A program made the position numbers and the translations under genes. A stretch of 64,000 nucleotides of DNA from Pseudomonadota bacterium. GTDB lineage: Bacteria > Pseudomonadota > Gammaproteobacteria > Burkholderiales > Burkholderiaceae_C. Within the stretch, counting starts at the first letter, position 1, and each line of letters opens with the position of its first letter. The DNA lies in the NCBI GenBank assembly GCA_963205115.1, contig CAUJHV010000045.1, positions 72,259 through 136,258 of the forward strand, given 5' to 3'. Positions 1 to 9,725 of the stretch are shown here, piece by piece. The notes under the pieces were generated by a model that did no database searches, was not told the origin of the DNA, and was given only the letters and a program-made list of their open reading frames with translations.

Positions 1-350
1 AGCGCATGCGCTTCTACGGTGAACTGTTGGACCCCGAACTCTCGAACCTGCGCATCGCCAGTGCGGGCCTGGGCCTGCGCCTGCTGGACAACAGCTCCAT
101 CGAGCTGCTGTGGCACCACTACCGCCAGCTGCACGCCAGCCCGCAGCTGGCGGGTTCGCGGCTGAGCGTGGCCCCGACGGGCCTGTCGCGCGAGATCGGC
201 CAGGCGGTCGACCTGTTCATCGCTCTGCGCGAATGGGAGCGGGTCGAGTGGACCCTGACGCTCTCGCGCTTCATGCCGGGTGCGGCCTTTGCACCGGCCA
301 CACGCGACCCGGCCACGGCCGTGGAGCTGGGGCTGAACCTGCAGTTCTGA
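1..350 (+). CDS. Alginate-export (AlgE-like) outer-membrane beta-barrel, C-terminal part (5' truncated by window)
   Basis: Alternating beta-strand pattern, C-terminal Phe (ELGLNLQF) and '[12 protein letters not shown]' segment typical of AlgE-family porins; lies upstream of ugd and an epimerase. Confidence 0.65.
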   Translation, partial: RMRFYGELLDPELSNLRIASAGLGLRLLDNSSIELLWHHYRQLHASPQLAGSRLSVAPTGLSREIGQAVDLFIALREWERVEWTLTLSRFMPGAAFAPATRDPATAVELGLNLQF

Positions 351-447
351 CCGTTGCCGCAGCGCGCACAAAAAGCGGCGCGAGCGACGTATCAAGAAGG
401 CCCGTAGGCCCTCTGTCCCTCGACGCAGCAGCACAGAGGGGCAAGCG

Positions 448-1833
448 ATGAAACTGACCGTGGTGGGCGCCGGCTATGTCGGCCTGGTGACGGGGGCCTG
501 TTTTGCCGAGATGGGCAACGACGTGCTCTGCGTCGATCTGGACGAGACCAAGATCGCACGCCTGAAACGCGGCGAGCTGCCCATCCACGAGCCGGGGCTG
601 CAGGACATCGTGCAGCGCAACGTGGCCGCGGAGCGGCTGCACTTCACCAGCGACCTGAAGGAAGGTGTGCGCTTTGGCACCATCCAGTTCATCGCCGTGG
701 GCACGCCGCCCGACGAAGACGGCGCGGCCGACATGCAGCACGTGCTCGAAGCCGCGCGCAGCATCGGCCGGCACATGACCGACTACAAGCTGGTGGTCGA
801 CAAGAGCACCGTGCCGGTGGGCACGGCCAGTGCGGTCCACGAGACGCTGGCGCGCGAGCTGGCCGCGCGCGGGGTGCAGATTCCGTTCAGCGTGGTGTCG
901 AACCCGGAGTTCCTGAAGGAGGGCGCCGCGGTCGAGGATTTCATGCGGCCCGACCGCATCGTCGTGGGCGCCGACGACGAACGCGCCGTGCACCTGATGC
1001 AGGCGCTCTACGGACCCTTCCAGCGGTCGCGCGACAAGCTGGTGATCATGGACATCCGCTCGGCCGAGCTGACGAAATACGCGGCCAACGCGATGCTGGC
1101 CACGCGCATCAGCTTCATGAACGAGATGGCCCTGCTGGCCGAGAAGCTGGGCGCGGACATCGAACAGGTGCGCCGCGGCATCGGCACCGACCCGCGTATC
1201 GGCCACCACTTCCTGTATGCCGGTTGCGGCTATGGCGGCTCGTGTTTTCCCAAGGATGTGAAGGCGCTGCTGCACAGCGCGCGCGGTGCCGGGCAGCCCA
1301 TGCTGCTGCTGGACGCCGTGGAGCGTGCCAACGAGCGCCAGAAGCACGTGATCGTCGAACGCGTGGTGCAGCGTTTCGGCGAGGACCTGACGGGCCGACG
1401 CTTCGCGCTGTGGGGCCTGGCCTTCAAGCCCGACACCGACGACATGCGCGAGGCACCCAGCCGCGTGATCATCGAGGCTTTGCTGGCGCGTGGTGCGACG
1501 GTCAGCGCCTTCGACCCGGCGGCCATGACCGAGGCGCGGCGGCTCTTCGCCCGCCACGACGGTGTCCACTTCGCCGCCGCGCCGATGGACGCCTGCGAGG
1601 GCGCCGACGCGCTGATCGTGGTCACCGAGTGGAAGGCCTTCCGCGCGCCGGATTTCGATCGTTTGAGGCAGGTGATGCGCCAGCCGCTGGTCTTCGACGG
1701 CCGCAACCTCTTCGAGCCGGCGCTGATGCGTGCGCTGGGCTTCGAGCACGTGTCCATCGGCCGCCGTGACGCGGCGCAGCCCGGCATCGGCTGGCAGGAC
1801 GCCCCGCAGGTCGCGACAAGGTTGGCCGCATGA
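448..1833 (+). CDS. ugd: UDP-glucose 6-dehydrogenase
   Basis: GAGYVGL Rossmann motif, SNPEFLKEG, catalytic [20 protein letters not shown]. Confidence 0.95.
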   Translation: MKLTVVGAGYVGLVTGACFAEMGNDVLCVDLDETKIARLKRGELPIHEPGLQDIVQRNVAAERLHFTSDLKEGVRFGTIQFIAVGTPPDEDGAADMQHVLEAARSIGRHMTDYKLVVDKSTVPVGTASAVHETLARELAARGVQIPFSVVSNPEFLKEGAAVEDFMRPDRIVVGADDERAVHLMQALYGPFQRSRDKLVIMDIRSAELTKYAANAMLATRISFMNEMALLAEKLGADIEQVRRGIGTDPRIGHHFLYAGCGYGGSCFPKDVKALLHSARGAGQPMLLLDAVERANERQKHVIVERVVQRFGEDLTGRRFALWGLAFKPDTDDMREAPSRVIIEALLARGATVSAFDPAAMTEARRLFARHDGVHFAAAPMDACEGADALIVVTEWKAFRAPDFDRLRQVMRQPLVFDGRNLFEPALMRALGFEHVSIGRRDAAQPGIGWQDAPQVATRLAA

Positions 1834-2882
1834 GACGGGTGCTCGTCACCGGCGCGGCCGGCTTCATCGGCATGCACGTGGCCGCCGCGCTTCTGGCGCG
1901 CGGTGACCGCGTGACGGGCATCGACAACCTCAATGCCTACTACGACCCGGCGCTCAAGCGGGCACGCCTGGCGCAGTTGCTCGGCCGGCCGGGGTTCCGC
2001 TTCGAACACATCGATGTGGCCAGCGACGACGGCCTGGCCGAGATCGTGGCGGGCGAGCGCTTCGACGCCGTGGTGCATCTGGCGGCGCAGGCCGGCGTGC
2101 GGCATTCGGTCACCCATCCGCACAGCTATGCGCAGTCCAACCTGGTGGGCTTCCTGCAGGTGCTCGAGGCCTGCCGCCACGCCGGCACCGGCCACCTGGT
2201 CTATGCCAGCAGCTCCAGCGTCTACGGCGGCAACCGCCAGATGCCGTTTGCCGAAGGCGACCGCGTGGACCATCCCGTCAGCCTGTACGCCGCCACGAAG
2301 AAGGCCAACGAGTTGATGGCGCACAGCTACAGCCACCTCTACGGCCTGCCCACCAGCGGGCTGCGCTTCTTCACCGTCTACGGGCCCTGGGGCCGGCCGG
2401 ACATGGCCTGCTACGGCTTCACCCGCAGCATCCTGGCCGGCGAGCCCATCCGCGTGTTCAACCACGGGCGCATGAGCCGCGACTTCACCTACATCGACGA
2501 CATTGTCGCCGGTGTGCTGGCCGTGCTGGACGCGCCACCCGCACCGGGTGACGGGCCCACGGCGGCCCCGTACCGCGTGCTCAACATCGGCAGCCACGCG
2601 CCCGTGCCGCTGCTGGACTTCATCGGCTGCCTCGAACAGGCCCTGGGCCGCCGCGCGACGCTGGACCTGCAGCCCATGCAGCCCGGCGACGTGGAAGCCA
2701 CCTTTGCCGACGTGCACGCGCTCGAGGCGCTGACCGGCGGCCCGCGCACGCCGATGCCGCTGGCCGAAGGTGTGCGGCGCTTCGTCGACTGGTACCGGGA
2801 CTACCACGCCCCGGCGGGAACTCAGCCGCCCAGGATCAGCGCCGCCACCACCTGGCGGCCCTCGGAGGCCAGCACGTTGTAG
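1830..2882 (+). CDS. NAD-dependent epimerase, UDP-glucuronate 4-epimerase-like
   Basis: [22 protein letters not shown] (YxxxK), [14 protein letters not shown]; ATGA overlap with ugd. Confidence 0.9.
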   Translation: MRRVLVTGAAGFIGMHVAAALLARGDRVTGIDNLNAYYDPALKRARLAQLLGRPGFRFEHIDVASDDGLAEIVAGERFDAVVHLAAQAGVRHSVTHPHSYAQSNLVGFLQVLEACRHAGTGHLVYASSSSVYGGNRQMPFAEGDRVDHPVSLYAATKKANELMAHSYSHLYGLPTSGLRFFTVYGPWGRPDMACYGFTRSILAGEPIRVFNHGRMSRDFTYIDDIVAGVLAVLDAPPAPGDGPTAAPYRVLNIGSHAPVPLLDFIGCLEQALGRRATLDLQPMQPGDVEATFADVHALEALTGGPRTPMPLAEGVRRFVDWYRDYHAPAGTQPPRISAATTWRPSEASTL

Positions 2883-3196
2883 GTGCGGCAGGCCGCGCCG
2901 GTGTCCATGGTCTCCATGCCGATGCCGTTGTCGATGAGCGAGCGGTAGAGCGCCGGTTTGACGAACTGCAGCCGCGTGCCGCTGCCGAAGATCACCAGTG
3001 CCGGTTTCAGCGCGAGGATGCGCTCGAAATGGGCGGGCGTGAGCGCGGCGGGATCGCTCACGTCCCAGGGCAGGACCTCGCCGTTCCAGGGCACCAGCAC
3101 GCTGTGGTCGTGCGGCGAGCCGCTGACCCACAGGCGCTGCCCTTCGGTGCGGGAGATGGTGTTGACGCCGGTTGCGTCATCGGGCTGGAACTTCAT
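2822..3196 (-). CDS. Mth938-like domain protein
   Basis: FGSGTRL and [27 protein letters not shown] signature; ATG 3196 preceded by TAGAAT. Confidence 0.88.
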   Translation of the reverse strand: MKFQPDDATGVNTISRTEGQRLWVSGSPHDHSVLVPWNGEVLPWDVSDPAALTPAHFERILALKPALVIFGSGTRLQFVKPALYRSLIDNGIGMETMDTGAACRTYNVLASEGRQVVAALILGG

Positions 3197-3282
3197 GTGG
3201 TCAAATTCTAGTTTTGTGCGTCGCAACAGCGGCGCCGTGCGCGGCAATGGCCCCGCGCACAGCCCAGTCGGAGCCCCTCGTC

Positions 3283-4518
3283 TTGAAACCCATCGCCAAA
3301 TCTTCCAAGCTCGCCAACGTCGGCTACGACATCCGTGGACCGGTGCTGGACAAGGCCCGGCAGATGGAAGAAGAGGGCCATCGCATCATCAAGCTGAATA
3401 TCGGCAATGTCGCCGCGTTCGGCCTGATGCCGCCCGACGAGATCGTGCAGGACATGATCCACAACCTGCCCTCGCAGGTGGCCGCGGGCTACACCGACAG
3501 CAAGGGCCTGTTCGCGCCGCGCAAGGCCGTCATGCACTACGCGCAGGAAAAGCACGTGGCCGGCGTGACGGTGGACGACGTCTACCTGGGCAACGGCGCC
3601 TCCGAGCTCATCGCGATGTCGATGAACGCGCTGCTGGATTCGGGCGACGAGGTGCTGATTCCCTCGCCCGACTACCCGCTGCACACGGCCGTGGTCTCGC
3701 TGTCCGGCGGCACGCCGGTGCACTACCGCTGCGACGAAGAGTCTGGCTGGATGCCCGACCTGGATGACATCCGCGCCAAGGTCACGTCGCGCACCAAGGC
3801 CATCGTCGTCATCAACCCCAACAACCCCACCGGCGCGCTGTACCCGGTGCCGGTGCTGGAAGCCATCGTCGAGATCGCGCGGCAGCATCAGCTGATCGTC
3901 TTTGCCGACGAGATCTACGACAAGACGCTGTTTGACGGCCACACCCACACCAGCATCGCCTCCCTGGCCGACGACGTGCTCTTCGTCACCTTCAACGGCC
4001 TGAGCAAGAACTACCGCGCCTGCGGCTACCGCGCCGGCTGGATGGTGGTGTCCGGCGACAAGCGGCACGCCAAGGACTACATCGAGGGCCTGAACATGCT
4101 GGCCTCGATGCGCCTGTGCGCCAACACGCCGGGGCAGTTGGCCATCCAGACCGCGCTGGGCGGCTACCAGAGCATCAAGGACCTGGTCGCGCCAGGCGGG
4201 CGCCTGTGCAAGCAGCGCGACAAGGCCTATGAACTGCTGACACAGATCCCGGGCGTCAGCGTGGTCAAGCCCAAGGCCGCGCTGTACATGTTCCCGCGGC
4301 TGGACCCCAAGATGTACCCGATCGAGGACGACCAGCAGTTCGCCTACGAGTTGCTGGCCGATGAAAAGGTGCTGATCGTGCAGGGCACGGGCTTCAACTG
4401 GCCCACACCGGACCACTTCCGCCTGGTCTTCCTGCCCAACGTCGACGACCTGACCGAGGCCATCGGCCGCATCGACCGCTTCCTCGCCCATTACCGCAAG
4501 CGCCACCACACGGCTTGA
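3283..4518 (+). CDS. alaA: Alanine transaminase AlaA (class I/II PLP aminotransferase)
   Basis: KSSKLANVGYDIRGPV N-terminus, INPNNPTG, DEIYD, GLSKNYR; TTG start at 3283 chosen by homology (ATG 3247 possible). Confidence 0.9.
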   Translation: MKPIAKSSKLANVGYDIRGPVLDKARQMEEEGHRIIKLNIGNVAAFGLMPPDEIVQDMIHNLPSQVAAGYTDSKGLFAPRKAVMHYAQEKHVAGVTVDDVYLGNGASELIAMSMNALLDSGDEVLIPSPDYPLHTAVVSLSGGTPVHYRCDEESGWMPDLDDIRAKVTSRTKAIVVINPNNPTGALYPVPVLEAIVEIARQHQLIVFADEIYDKTLFDGHTHTSIASLADDVLFVTFNGLSKNYRACGYRAGWMVVSGDKRHAKDYIEGLNMLASMRLCANTPGQLAIQTALGGYQSIKDLVAPGGRLCKQRDKAYELLTQIPGVSVVKPKAALYMFPRLDPKMYPIEDDQQFAYELLADEKVLIVQGTGFNWPTPDHFRLVFLPNVDDLTEAIGRIDRFLAHYRKRHHTA

Positions 4519-4531
4519 AGGCACGTTCACC

Positions 4532-5851
4532 ATGAAAACCATGAAACCCATCCAGGTCGGCTTGCTGGGCATCGGCACGGTCGGCAGCGGCACCTTTCAG
4601 GTCCTGCGCCGCAACCAGGAAGAGATCCGCCGGCGCGCCGGCCGCGGCATCGAGATCACGATGGTGGCCGACCTCGACGTCGAGCGCGCCAAGGGCATCG
4701 TCGGCGACCACGCCACGGTGGTGAACGACGCGCGTGCGGTCATTGCCAACCCGGCCATCGACATCGTCATCGAGCTGATCGGCGGCTACGGCATCGCCAA
4801 GACACTGGTGCTGGAAGCCATCGCCGCCGGCAAGCACGTGGTCACCGCCAACAAGGCGCTGCTGGCCGTGCACGGCACGGAAATCTTCGCCGCCGCCGCG
4901 GAAAAGGGCGTGGTCGTCGCCTTCGAGGCGGCCGTGGCCGGTGGCATCCCCATCATCAAGGCGCTGCGCGAAGGCCTGACGGCCAACCGCATCGAATGGA
5001 TCGCCGGCATCATCAACGGCACGACCAATTTCATCCTCAGCGAGATGCGCAGCAAGGGGCTGGATTTCGCCGATGTGCTGAAGGAAGCGCAACGCCTGGG
5101 TTATGCCGAAGCCGACCCCACCTTCGACATCGAAGGCGTGGACGCCGGCCACAAGGCGACCATCATGAGTGCCATCGCCTTCGGCGTGCCGGTGCAGTTC
5201 GACAAGGCGCATGTCGAGGGCATCACCAAGCTCAGCGCGGTCGACATCAAGTACGCCGAGCAGCTGGGCTACCGCATCAAGCTGCTGGGCATCACCAAGC
5301 GGCGCGAGGCCGGCATCGAGCTGCGCGTGCACCCGACGCTGATTCCGACGAAGCGGCTGATCGCCAACGTCGAAGGCGCGATGAACGCCGTGGTGGTGCA
5401 GGGCGATGCCGTGGGCACGACGCTGTACTACGGCAAGGGCGCGGGCAGCGAGCCCACGGCCAGCGCCGTGGTGGCCGACCTGGTCGACATCACGCGGCTG
5501 CACACGGCCGATCCGCACCACCGCGTGCCGTATCTCGCTTTCCAGCCCGGCGAGATGAAGGACACGCCGATCCTGCCCATCGAGCAGGTCGTCACCGCCT
5601 TCTACCTGCGCCTGCGCGTGGCCGACGAGCCGGGCGTGCTGTCCAAGATCACCACCATCCTGGCCGACCAGGGCATCTCCATCGACGCGCTGCTGCAGCG
5701 CGAAAGCGCCGAAGGCGAACGCCAGACCGACGTCATCATCCTGACCCACGACACCGTGGAAGGGAAGATGCGTGAAGCGGTGGCGATGATGCAGTCGCTG
5801 AACACGGTGCTGGCGCCCATCGTGAGCATCCGCAAGGAAGAGCTGGCCTGA
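4532..5851 (+). CDS. hom: Homoserine dehydrogenase
   Basis: GIGTVGSG, VTANKALLA, FEAAVAGGIP, GYAEADPTFD, C-terminal ACT domain. Confidence 0.97.
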   Translation: MKTMKPIQVGLLGIGTVGSGTFQVLRRNQEEIRRRAGRGIEITMVADLDVERAKGIVGDHATVVNDARAVIANPAIDIVIELIGGYGIAKTLVLEAIAAGKHVVTANKALLAVHGTEIFAAAAEKGVVVAFEAAVAGGIPIIKALREGLTANRIEWIAGIINGTTNFILSEMRSKGLDFADVLKEAQRLGYAEADPTFDIEGVDAGHKATIMSAIAFGVPVQFDKAHVEGITKLSAVDIKYAEQLGYRIKLLGITKRREAGIELRVHPTLIPTKRLIANVEGAMNAVVVQGDAVGTTLYYGKGAGSEPTASAVVADLVDITRLHTADPHHRVPYLAFQPGEMKDTPILPIEQVVTAFYLRLRVADEPGVLSKITTILADQGISIDALLQRESAEGERQTDVIILTHDTVEGKMREAVAMMQSLNTVLAPIVSIRKEELA

Positions 5852-6029
5852 GGCGTGCGCGGTGCGCCCGGGCGGCTGGTAGGCCGCCGGGCGCCCGCCG
5901 TTCATGCGCCCGTGATGCGCCGGCTTTGCGCGGTCGTGCGCCGCATGTGCGTTGCCGACGTGGCTTCTTGCCCGCGCGCGGGCGGGCCGTGATGGCTCGG
6001 CCACAATAGCGGGCTCTGGAATTCTCGAG

Positions 6030-7442
6030 ATGTCCGTGAAGTACCTCAGCACCCGTGGCGACCCCACCGAGCGCAGCTTCAGCGAGATCCTGCTCGAAGG
6101 CCTTGCGCCTGACGGCGGCCTGTATCTGCCCGCTCGCTACCCCTATATCGACGACGCCACGCTCACGCGCTGGCGCGGCCTGTCCTATGCGGACCTGGCC
6201 TTCGAGATCCTGTCGCTCTACATCGACGACATCCCGAAATCCGACCTCGTGCGCCTGGTGCGCAGCACCTACACCGAAGCCGTCTTCGGCAGCCCGCAGA
6301 TCGTGCCGCTGCGCCCGCTGGAGGACGGCATCTTCATCCAGGCCCTGTCCAACGGCCCCACGCTGGCCTTCAAGGACATGGCGATGCAGCTGCTGGGCGC
6401 GCTGTTCGAATACGAACTCGGCCGGCGCGGGCAGAAGCTGAACATCCTGGGCGCGACCTCGGGTGACACCGGCAGCGCGGCCGAATACGCGATGCGCGGC
6501 AAGCGCGGGGTCAAGGTCTTCATGCTCTCGCCCTACGGCCGCATGAGCCCCTTCCAGCAGGCGCAGATGTTCAGCCTGCAGGACCCGAACATCCACAACA
6601 TCAGCGTCGAAGGTGTCTTCGACGACTGCCAGGACATCGTCAAGGCGGTGTCCAACGACCTGGCCTTCAAACGCAAGTGGGCCATCGGTACCGTCAATTC
6701 GATCAACTGGGCGCGGCTGCTGGCGCAGGTCGTCTACTACTTCGCCGGCTACTTCCAGGCGACGAAGGCCAATTTCGAAACCGTGAGCTTCGCCGTGCCT
6801 TCGGGCAACTTTGGCAATGTCTGCGCCGGCCACGTCGCGCGCATGATGGGCCTGCGCATCGAGCAGCTGGTCGTGGCGACCAACGAAAACGACGTGCTCG
6901 ACGAGTTCTTCCGCACCGGCACCTACCGCGTGCGCGGCAGCGCCGAGACCTTCGAGACCTCCAGCCCTTCGATGGACATCAGCAAGGCGAGCAACTTCGA
7001 GCGCTTTGTCTTCGATCTGGTGGGGCGCGATGGCGCACGCACCGCGGCGCTGTTTGGCGGCGGCATCGACCGCGACGGCGGTTTTACCGTCACGGCCGAA
7101 GAATCCGCACGCATCGCCGGCTTCGGTTTTGTCTCCGGCAAGAGCACGCACGCCGACCGCATCGACACGATCCGCGACGTCTGGGAGCGCCACCGCACGA
7201 TGGTCGACACCCACACCGCCGATGGCGTCAAGGTGGCGCGGCAGTACGCCAAGCCCGGTACGCCGATGATCGTGCTGGAAACCGCCTTGCCGGCCAAGTT
7301 TGCCGAGACCATCCACGAAGCGCTGGGACGCGACCCCGTGCGTCCGGCCGGCCTGGAAGGCATCGAGGAGCTGCCCAAGCGTTTCACCGTGATGCCGGTG
7401 GACGTGGAGGGGGTCAAGCGCTACATCGAGACCCACGCCTGA
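6030..7442 (+). CDS. thrC: Threonine synthase
   Basis: YLSTRG, GLAPDGGL, GPTLAFKD (PLP Lys), GATSGDTG, VPSGNFGN. Confidence 0.97.
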   Translation: MSVKYLSTRGDPTERSFSEILLEGLAPDGGLYLPARYPYIDDATLTRWRGLSYADLAFEILSLYIDDIPKSDLVRLVRSTYTEAVFGSPQIVPLRPLEDGIFIQALSNGPTLAFKDMAMQLLGALFEYELGRRGQKLNILGATSGDTGSAAEYAMRGKRGVKVFMLSPYGRMSPFQQAQMFSLQDPNIHNISVEGVFDDCQDIVKAVSNDLAFKRKWAIGTVNSINWARLLAQVVYYFAGYFQATKANFETVSFAVPSGNFGNVCAGHVARMMGLRIEQLVVATNENDVLDEFFRTGTYRVRGSAETFETSSPSMDISKASNFERFVFDLVGRDGARTAALFGGGIDRDGGFTVTAEESARIAGFGFVSGKSTHADRIDTIRDVWERHRTMVDTHTADGVKVARQYAKPGTPMIVLETALPAKFAETIHEALGRDPVRPAGLEGIEELPKRFTVMPVDVEGVKRYIETHA

Positions 7443-7449
7443 ACTTCCG

Positions 7450-8724
7450 ATGAATGCACCACGCCCCTTGATGAGCCTGGACGAGGCGCTGGAGCGCCTG
7501 CTGTCGACCGCCACCGGGCAGCGCATCACCGACACCGAAACGGTGTCCACCTTCGAGGCCCTGGGCCGTGTGCTGGCCGAGGACGTGGCTTCCACGCTGG
7601 ATGTGCCGCCGGCGGACAACACCTCGATGGACGGCTACGCGCTGCGTGCCGCCGATGTGCCCGCGGCCGGCACCGTGTTGCCGGTCTCCCAGCGCATCCC
7701 GGCGGGTGTGGTCGGCCAGCCGCTGCAAGCCGGCACCGCTGCGCGCATCTTCACCGGCGCGCAGGTGCCGCCGGGTGCGGACGCGGTCGTCATGCAGGAG
7801 CAGACCGCCGCGGCCGGTGAAGGCCAGGTGCGCATCGACACGGTTCCCACCAGCGGCCAGTGGATCCGCCGCCGCGGCGAGGACATCGCCACCGGCGCCA
7901 CCGTGCTGCGCCACGGCGACCGCCTGACGGCGCAGGCCATGGGCCTGGCGGCGTCGGTCGGGCGTGCCACGCTGCGTGTGTGCCGCCGCCCGCGTGTGGC
8001 CGTGTTTTCCACCGGCGACGAATTGCTGATGCCCGGCCAGCCGCTGCGGCCCGGGGCGATCTACAACTCCAACCGCTACACGCTGCGCGGCCTGCTGGAA
8101 GGCGCCGGCGCCGCGGTCACCGACCTGGGCATCGTGCCCGACCGGCTCGACGCCACGCGCGCCGCACTGCGCGAGGCCGCTGCCGACAACGACCTGATCG
8201 TCACCAGCGGTGGTGTCTCGGTCGGCGAAGAAGACCACCTGCGCCCGGCGATGCTCGCCGAAGGGCGGCTGGACCTGTGGCAGATCGCGATGAAGCCCGG
8301 CAAGCCGCTGGCCTTCGGCGCCGTGCGCCGCGGGCCATCGGCGTCAGGGCAGGGCGCGGCAGCCGCCGAGGGCCGCGCAGAGGCGCTGTTCATCGGGCTG
8401 CCGGGCAACCCGGTGTCGAGCTGGGTGACCTGCCTGCTGGCCGTGATGCCCGTGCTGCGCGCGCTGCAGGGCATGCCGGCCGCCGCGCCGCGCGCGATTG
8501 CCGTGCGGGCCGATTTCGATTGGCCGCGGCCCGACCGCCGGCGGGAATTCCTGCGCGTGCGGTTCAACGAGCAGGGCGGCCTGGACCTGTTTGCCAACCA
8601 AAGTTCCGGCGTGCTGACGTCCGCCGCGTGGGCCGACGGGCTGGTCGACAACCCCAGCGGCCAGGTCATCGCGCGCGGCGACACCGTGCGCTTCCTGCCG
8701 CTGTCGGCGCTGCTGCATGCCTGA
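7450..8724 (+). CDS. moeA: Molybdopterin molybdotransferase MoeA
   Basis: SMDGYA, RIFTGA, STGDEL, TSGGVSVG, KPGKP, GLPGNPVS. Confidence 0.95.
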   Translation: MNAPRPLMSLDEALERLLSTATGQRITDTETVSTFEALGRVLAEDVASTLDVPPADNTSMDGYALRAADVPAAGTVLPVSQRIPAGVVGQPLQAGTAARIFTGAQVPPGADAVVMQEQTAAAGEGQVRIDTVPTSGQWIRRRGEDIATGATVLRHGDRLTAQAMGLAASVGRATLRVCRRPRVAVFSTGDELLMPGQPLRPGAIYNSNRYTLRGLLEGAGAAVTDLGIVPDRLDATRAALREAAADNDLIVTSGGVSVGEEDHLRPAMLAEGRLDLWQIAMKPGKPLAFGAVRRGPSASGQGAAAAEGRAEALFIGLPGNPVSSWVTCLLAVMPVLRALQGMPAAAPRAIAVRADFDWPRPDRRREFLRVRFNEQGGLDLFANQSSGVLTSAAWADGLVDNPSGQVIARGDTVRFLPLSALLHA

Positions 8725-8831
8725 GGCACCGTGAGCCATCGCCGCACCCCCACTTGTTCCCGGCCTGTCCGTGCGGCGGGGCCGATGCGCGCCGTGGCTG
8801 AGCGCGCCCGCCGTTCCCCGAGGATCCCGTC

Positions 8832-9092
8832 GTGAGTTCTGTGTCCATCCAGGTGCGCTATTTCGCTTCGCTGCGCGAGGCCCTGGGCCCGGTCGAAGCC
8901 GTCGAGGTTTCGCCCGGCGCCACCGTCGGTGCGCTGCGCGATGCGCTGATCGCCCGCGGCGGGCGCCACGCCGAGGTGCTGGCCCGCGGGCGCGCCGTGC
9001 GCTGCTCGCTGAACCAGACCATGTGCCAGGACGACGCGACCTTGCCGCCCGGCGCCGAGGTCGCCTTCTTTCCGCCGGTGACGGGAGGCTGA
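8832..9092 (+). CDS. moaD: Molybdopterin synthase sulfur carrier MoaD
   Basis: YFASLRE and C-terminal FFPPVTGG. Confidence 0.95.
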   Translation: MSSVSIQVRYFASLREALGPVEAVEVSPGATVGALRDALIARGGRHAEVLARGRAVRCSLNQTMCQDDATLPPGAEVAFFPPVTGG

Positions 9093-9094
9093 AC

Positions 9095-9604
9095 GTGAAC
9101 GTCAGCCCGCAAGCGGACGCCGGGAAGCAGCCGCGCGTCTCCATCCAGACGGCCGATTTCGACCTGGCCGCCGAAGTCGACGCGCTGCACGCGGCTGACG
9201 GCGGCGTGGGCGCCATCGTCACCTTCACCGGCACCGTGCGCGACCGAAACGGCGCGCAGGGCGGCATCCGCGAACTCGAGCTCGAACACTACCCGGGCAT
9301 GACCGAGCGTGCCATCGAGCACATGATCGACGAGGCGCTGACACGCTTCGACATCCGCGGTGCGCGCGTGGTGCACCGCGTGGGCCCGCTGCAGCCGCTG
9401 GACCGCGTCGTGATGGTCGCCGTCACCTCGGCGCACCGCGGCCAGGCCTTCCAGGCCTGCGAATTCCTGATGGACTACCTCAAGACGCAGGCGCCATTCT
9501 GGAAGAAGGAAACCACGCCCGAAGGTGCGCACTGGGTCGATGCCCGCGTGGCCGACGACCAGGCGCTGGCGCGCTGGGGCATCCAGGCCTCGAACGCCGG
9601 CTGA
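9095..9604 (+). CDS. moaE: Molybdopterin synthase catalytic subunit MoaE
   Basis: GAIVTFTGTVR, LEHYPGMTE, HRVG, MDYLKTQAPFWKKE; GTG start inferred. Confidence 0.95.
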   Translation: MNVSPQADAGKQPRVSIQTADFDLAAEVDALHAADGGVGAIVTFTGTVRDRNGAQGGIRELELEHYPGMTERAIEHMIDEALTRFDIRGARVVHRVGPLQPLDRVVMVAVTSAHRGQAFQACEFLMDYLKTQAPFWKKETTPEGAHWVDARVADDQALARWGIQASNAG

Positions 9605-9725
9605 GCGCTTGTGGCGCACAGCGCCACGCCCCCGCGTGCGGCGGCATCGATCGGCCCATGGTGGCTACCCGCACGGACACGCCGCAGCACGCCACCGGCG
9701 CTGAGCGCCGCCGGTGCCTTGGCGC

